A stretch of DNA of 58,138 nt, taken from positions 11,971,833 to 12,029,970 of the forward strand of contig NC_057749.1 in the NCBI RefSeq assembly GCF_004010195.1, written 5' to 3'. The translations under genes were made by a program, and so were the position numbers. Origin of the DNA: Chiloscyllium plagiosum. Taxonomy: Eukaryota. Shown here piece after piece: positions 53,327 through 58,138 of this stretch. The notes under the pieces were generated by a model, which was not told where the DNA came from, did no database searches, and worked only from the letters and a program-made list of their open reading frames with translations. Each line of letters opens with the position of its first letter. Positions within the stretch are counted from its first letter, which is position 1.

Positions 53327-55408
53327 GTATAAACAATACAGGCGCGCAGAAAAACAGTCTGAGCAGGAAAAAACTTCGAGACGCCGTAACCACAGTCACT
53401 GTCTGCATGTAACATTCACAGTTTTAAAAGCGAGATTCCTTCCCGCTCGGTGAGCTCTCACTCGGACTCTGCACGTCCCCTGGATCTTTAGGGCAGCTTT
53501 TGAATAGATATTTAACCAATCCTGACCATGTTCTGCCGTTTGCTTTACTCTGCATTGCTAACCAAGGCTGGGCCGCCCCCTGCCCCTCAAAGCCCGCATT
53601 TGGCCATGAGGTTCCCCACCCCTCCACACACAGGAATTTCCAATGCTGGCGATTCCACTGTAGACTCCACCATCACCTATTCTTGCCTCAGGCACGGGCA
53701 CACCTGACTCAGGGCAACTGTTGCCCTTTAAAACATACACAGAAAATATAAAACACAAATTAGCTAGACAACTTCTCAAAATTGGGTCAGAACTTTGGCC
53801 GCCACTCTTTGTACTCTGTTTAAGAGAAAACGGATGATTGAAAGCTGCACTGGTCTGTGCCACTAAATTCGGCAGGGAATTAGAAACCAAGCCAACAAAC
53901 AGACACGAAGAACCAGCTCAGTCTGCAAAACAAATGCTATCTTCAGGTTTCTGCGTGCAGACTTTTTTCTGTGAACTGTACACTTCATGGTCTGGTGAAT
54001 CATTTTACCCAGCATACTGAGTATGAGGTACAAACATTAGCCATATGACTTTGCCTTAACCATATTCTTTGTTTGAAAATAGTCTCTAACTTCTGGTAAA
54101 ACAACTTTCACTTATATAGTGCCTTTGACTAATAAAACGTTCCAAAGTACTTCAGAGGGAAGTCATGAAGCAAAATATGAGATCAAACACAAAAGGAGGT
54201 ATTTGGCTAAAATAATTTATTTATTGAGGCTACTTAAAGGAGCAGAACAAGGTTAAGGGCAGTAGGGAGGGTATACCAGAAGTTGTGGTGCAGGCACTAA
54301 TGGAACAAGTTAAAATCAGGTTGTGCAAGAGGTCAGAATGAACTGGGTGATGCTGGAGAGGCCGAGGAAGATAAGATGACCAAAAATGTCAGAGGCTGCT
54401 GACAGTTCTAGAAGGTTGAGGAGGGATCTCTGTCACAGTCACATGGGATGTCATGTAACTGTTAGATGCTAATGATGGCTCAGGGTAGTACATCTTGCTA
54501 CTAAGTATGGTGTTCACCCTCTATAAAGGTAAGCACAAAGTCTAGGCCCGAACTCCAGTGCGATACTTCAGGGGTGCTGCACTGCCAGAGGTGTTGTCTG
54601 TTGAATTTGAAGAACTGAAAGTTCCTCCCTGTGTGCTGACCTATGCACAACCAACATCACTAAAGCAGCTGTTTTTGGAATCTTGCTGTGTGCAAATTGT
54701 TTGCCATATTTCCTACCTGACAATAGTGACCACACTCCAAAGATATGTCATTAGTTATTAAATACTTGAGGATTTTCGGAGCTATTTGAAAGGTCATTGG
54801 GTGAGTGCAAGGTTAATATTGAAGGTCTATCAATTCCAGGCAGTGGGGTGGACAATCAAACATTCCACAAAACCTCTCTACTTTTAGCAGAATTTCAGGC
54901 AGTTTCTGTGGAACACTGCTGAAGGAAATAGGATTTAAATTTTACTTGACAATAAACACTTTCGTCACTGCACCAATCTTTTTCAAAGTCTCTCCTCAGA
55001 GCAGTTCTTATCATTAATCCCAGTCCCAGCTTTACAGTCTTGGACCTTAAACCATAAGATATAAGAGCAGAGTTCGGCCATTTGGTCCACTCCACCATTC
55101 AATGAAATATTCTGTAAACAACAGGAAGACAATTCATTCCCTTGATCGGATTTCACCATTTTAATAAATATGTGTTGATTAATCTCTCAATATCCTTCAA
55201 TAACCTTACCTAACAACCATTTTGGGATCGATACACATTACCATTTGTGCCTCCTGACATCATTCCTGAGGGGTCTGGCTCTAATTTTCAGATTCTGCCA
55301 ATTTTTCTGGACACAATTTCTCAATGTTTCTGCCTCCAATGTTCTCCCCACCTGCCTTCTTCCAATTTCTCACTACAGAGAAATAGAAGAAAAAGTTTGA
55401 ATCCAAGA

Positions 55409-55832
55409 TGCTGCAGGATCCACTGGTTTACCCCCAGAGAGGGTGCAGGATCCACATGTTCACCCCCCAGGGAGGATGCAGGATCCACAGGTTCACCCCC
55501 AGAGAGGGTGCAGGATCCACAAGTTCACCCCCAGGGAGGATGCAGAATCCGCAGGTTCACCCCCAGAGAGGATGCAGGGTCTGCAGGTTCACCCCCAGGG
55601 AGGATGCAGAATCCGCAGGTTCACCCCCAGGGAGGGTGCAGGGTCTGCAGGTTCACCCCCAGGGAGGATGCAAGATCTGCAGGTTCACCCCCAGGGAGGA
55701 TGCAGGGTCTGCAGGTTTGCCTCCAGGGAAGGTGCAGGGTCTGCAGGTTTGCCTCCAGGGAGGGTGTAGGGTCTGCAGGAGGATGCAGGGTCTGCAGGTT
55801 CACCCCCAGGGATGGTGCAGGGTCCACAGGTT
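55409..55832 (+). repeat. 32-bp minisatellite, about 13 copies (GGGAGGATGCAGGGTCTGCAGGTTCACCCCCA)
   Basis: Directly visible; period checked at 55571 and 55603. Confidence 0.93.
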
Positions 55833-57179
55833 AATCTGACTACTATGTATCTTTTATGAATGGTTTTGAGTGTATCCTCCTAACCAACTGCTCTCTACTC
55901 GTGGAGCCAAAGCTCCTTAATAGAACAAGCAGGTTTTAGACCTGATATGAGCTGGTTGACCAAGTACATTTAAGCCAACTCAGAATAAACTATCTGCAAA
56001 AATCTTCAGAATCTCTTGAATGTGTGACTCCAAGACACATACATTTTTCTGGAGGTCTGTGCATCTTTTGACAAAACAAATAGAAGCCCACTTCCAGGCT
56101 GACAGCAATGTTGCCAAAGATTTGGTGAATGATCAGTCAAGAGAGAATCCAGGGTTTGAAAAACAGCAACATCCACTCAACAAAATCTACTTTATGCAAG
56201 GGACTCACATCCCTCCATAAGCAGAATGACTAAGATTGCCCAGCACGAGACTGTGGTCACCCAATGCACTGTACACTGCATTGGGAGTGAATGAAGTCTA
56301 TGAAAAGTTGCAGGATTTAAAATAATTGAGCTAACAAGCCTCAGTGCTGTAATCTGGCTGTCCAATTCAGACTCTGACTTGTAAAGTTGCAAGATATCAA
56401 ATAGGAGGTGACAGGATCCCAGTGGAGGTTTCTGGCAGGTTTTTAAAAAACTGAGATTTCTAATTCTTGTAGTCATCAGAGGAAGGAAAGTTAACAACAG
56501 TTCTTGGAGCACTTACTTTGCAAATAGAGTCACACCTAAGTAAATGTGCAACACAATCAGGACAGATCAAAACTGAATTTATAACTGGGAGTCAAATATG
56601 GCATCAGACTGAGTAATGTTATTGTTGTAAATCATTTGAAATGCCTCAGCCCCTCATTGGCTGCCTGTTGACAATACAGCAGCATTGTCCTTCACTCAAT
56701 CTTCTCTTGTTTAGCCTACAGTATACACACCCTTGGCTTGTTCTGCCTTCTCCTGTTCATCCCGTGACTGAAGAACATTACTGAAGAGTCGATCCATGCA
56801 CTGAAGATAAAACTAAACATGCCTAACTTGCTCAGTGTCAAACATGACAAGTTGGCAGTGATTTAGAATGAAGATTTCACAATCTCTGGAGATTGCCATT
56901 TGGAAGTCGACATTGAAATGGGGGATTATGTGCCCTGGCCAGTTAACAGAAAATTACTGAACATTTTGGCGAGCTACCTGACGCCTTTCAAAAGCAGGTC
57001 ATGTATTGGCTGAAATATGAATATCTTCTAGGTCAAAAGTAGACTCGGTAGATAGGAAAGGGTTAAAGAGATAAAACCAAGCTCCTCTATTTCTGCACTC
57101 TCTCAACATCGGGTAAACAAATTGAAAGCTAGCAATGTGGGTGAGAACTTAAACACAGGGATCATCTTAACATGACAGA

Positions 57180-57635
57180 GCTGGCCTGTGACAGGATTAT
57201 TAGACTCGTCCTGCCCATGGCGAACGACACGGAACATGCCCCGCACCTACTCCATGACAAGCCGTTCCTTTCTCGCGTAACAGAACCAATAGAAGTGGAG
57301 ATTCTGAGACTGACGGTCATGTCCCGCCTCTAACCTGAGGCTCAAACTGTAATAAGGGCAGATCCATTTTTTTTTTAGCTACAATGAGACAAAGACGGAC
57401 TGATTAGTTAGTTGTTTTTTCCCTCCAAATGGTACTTAACCCAAAACTTAGCCCCAAAATTGATCCGGAGGAGTTTTCTTAAATCAGAGAAAGCAGATTA
57501 CGAGGCTGTGCAGATACTTTTCTGCATTGCAATATTTCCGGGAGTCTGGGTGTGTTCCCACTCGTTATCAAACAAAGGGGCTCGGTGTCTAGGATTTTCA
57601 GAGGGTCTTGTGTCCTCGTTATTGTCGCATGCGAA
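57180..57635 (+). promoter_or_regulatory. Probable KLF13 promoter/5'UTR (CpG-enriched)
   Basis: CpG density rises here; CCAAT at 57286-57290 and GC box CCCGCC at 57323-57328. Confidence 0.55.
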
Positions 57636-58002
57636 ATGGCGAGTGCAGCTTTCGATCGTTTTGCTGCCGAGTGCCTGGTGTCCATGTCCCGGACAGCAGT
57701 GGTCCACAGCCCCAGTCCAGCAGCCACTCCCCCCGGGGACTGTCAGGACAAAGGCACCGGGTTGCTGCTGGTTCTGGCTGGGATCCCGGCTCAGGGCGGC
57801 CCGTCGGCTGATGGCAGCCCGCAGGATGGGGCGAGGAGCCTGGCTACCGGGCACTGCGTCCCCCCGAGACCCAGGAGCCGGAGAGGCAAAGGCAGGAGCG
57901 GTCAGGAGCGGCGGCCCAAGAAGCACCAGTGTCAGTATCCTGGCTGCGGTAAGGTCTACGGCAAATCCTCGCACCTGAAGGCTCACCTCCGGACTCACAC
58001 AG
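57636..58002 (+). CDS. KLF13: Kruppel-like factor 13-type, exon 1 (Sin3A-interaction motif, basic NLS, zinc finger 1)
   Basis: Open 122-codon frame [26 protein letters not shown]...RSRRGKGR...[29 protein letters not shown] ending ACA G|gtcagt. VYGK plus HLRTH fits KLF13. Head-to-head with TRPM1, as in mammals. Not in the ORF track. Confidence 0.9.
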
Positions 58003-58138
58003 GTCAGTGTGGCCCAGGGGCCATTCCCCACGCCATCCCCTCCCGCACTACCACTCCCAACCCTTGCCCACCTCAACACCACCACTCCAATAACCTTCCA
58101 CCAATACCACCTCAACTCCACCCCTTTCCCACCACCCC

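Noticed and set aside
53424..53890. Minus-strand ORFs as a distal TRPM first exon
   Set aside because: No similarity to TRPM1/3 N-termini and no convincing donor.
55247..55839. Overlapping 100-195 aa ORFs
   Set aside because: Artefacts of a stop-free 32-bp minisatellite.
57412..58121. Track ORFs 57412..57978(+) and 57498..58121(-)
   Set aside because: Shadow frames of the GC-rich KLF13 exon; the real frame starts at 57636.

Overview
Vertebrate genomic DNA, almost certainly a shark (elasmobranch HE1 SINEs, HER1/CR1 LINEs). The minus strand carries the 5' part of a TRPM1-type (melastatin) channel gene. I traced 13 coding exons by hand from 33472 down to 8381: all GT-AG, phase-compatible, 558 codons, continuing beyond position 1. 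A divergent miR-204/211 hairpin sits in the intron after the VTKPYQTM...KINTR exon. Head-to-head on the plus strand is exon 1 of a KLF13-type zinc-finger gene (57636-58002). The rest is mostly retroelement debris: one ~4.8 kb L1, many CR1 fragments, a Tx1-like 3' end, HE1 SINEs, minisatellites and several Penelope-like element (PLE) families, some forming large palindromes. Highlights: (i) minimal hammerhead-ribozyme motifs with co-varying stems in several PLE families, plus a 437-bp terminally redundant element; (ii) a CRE/MEF2/GRE/DR4 cluster about 4.3 kb upstream of the KLF gene; (iii) a MITF-box cluster suggesting a second TRPM1 promoter; (iv) divergence in all three genes, suggesting this may be an extra ohnologous TRPM1-miR-KLF13 locus. 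Reference sequences were compared from memory, no searches were run, and repeat boundaries are approximate.
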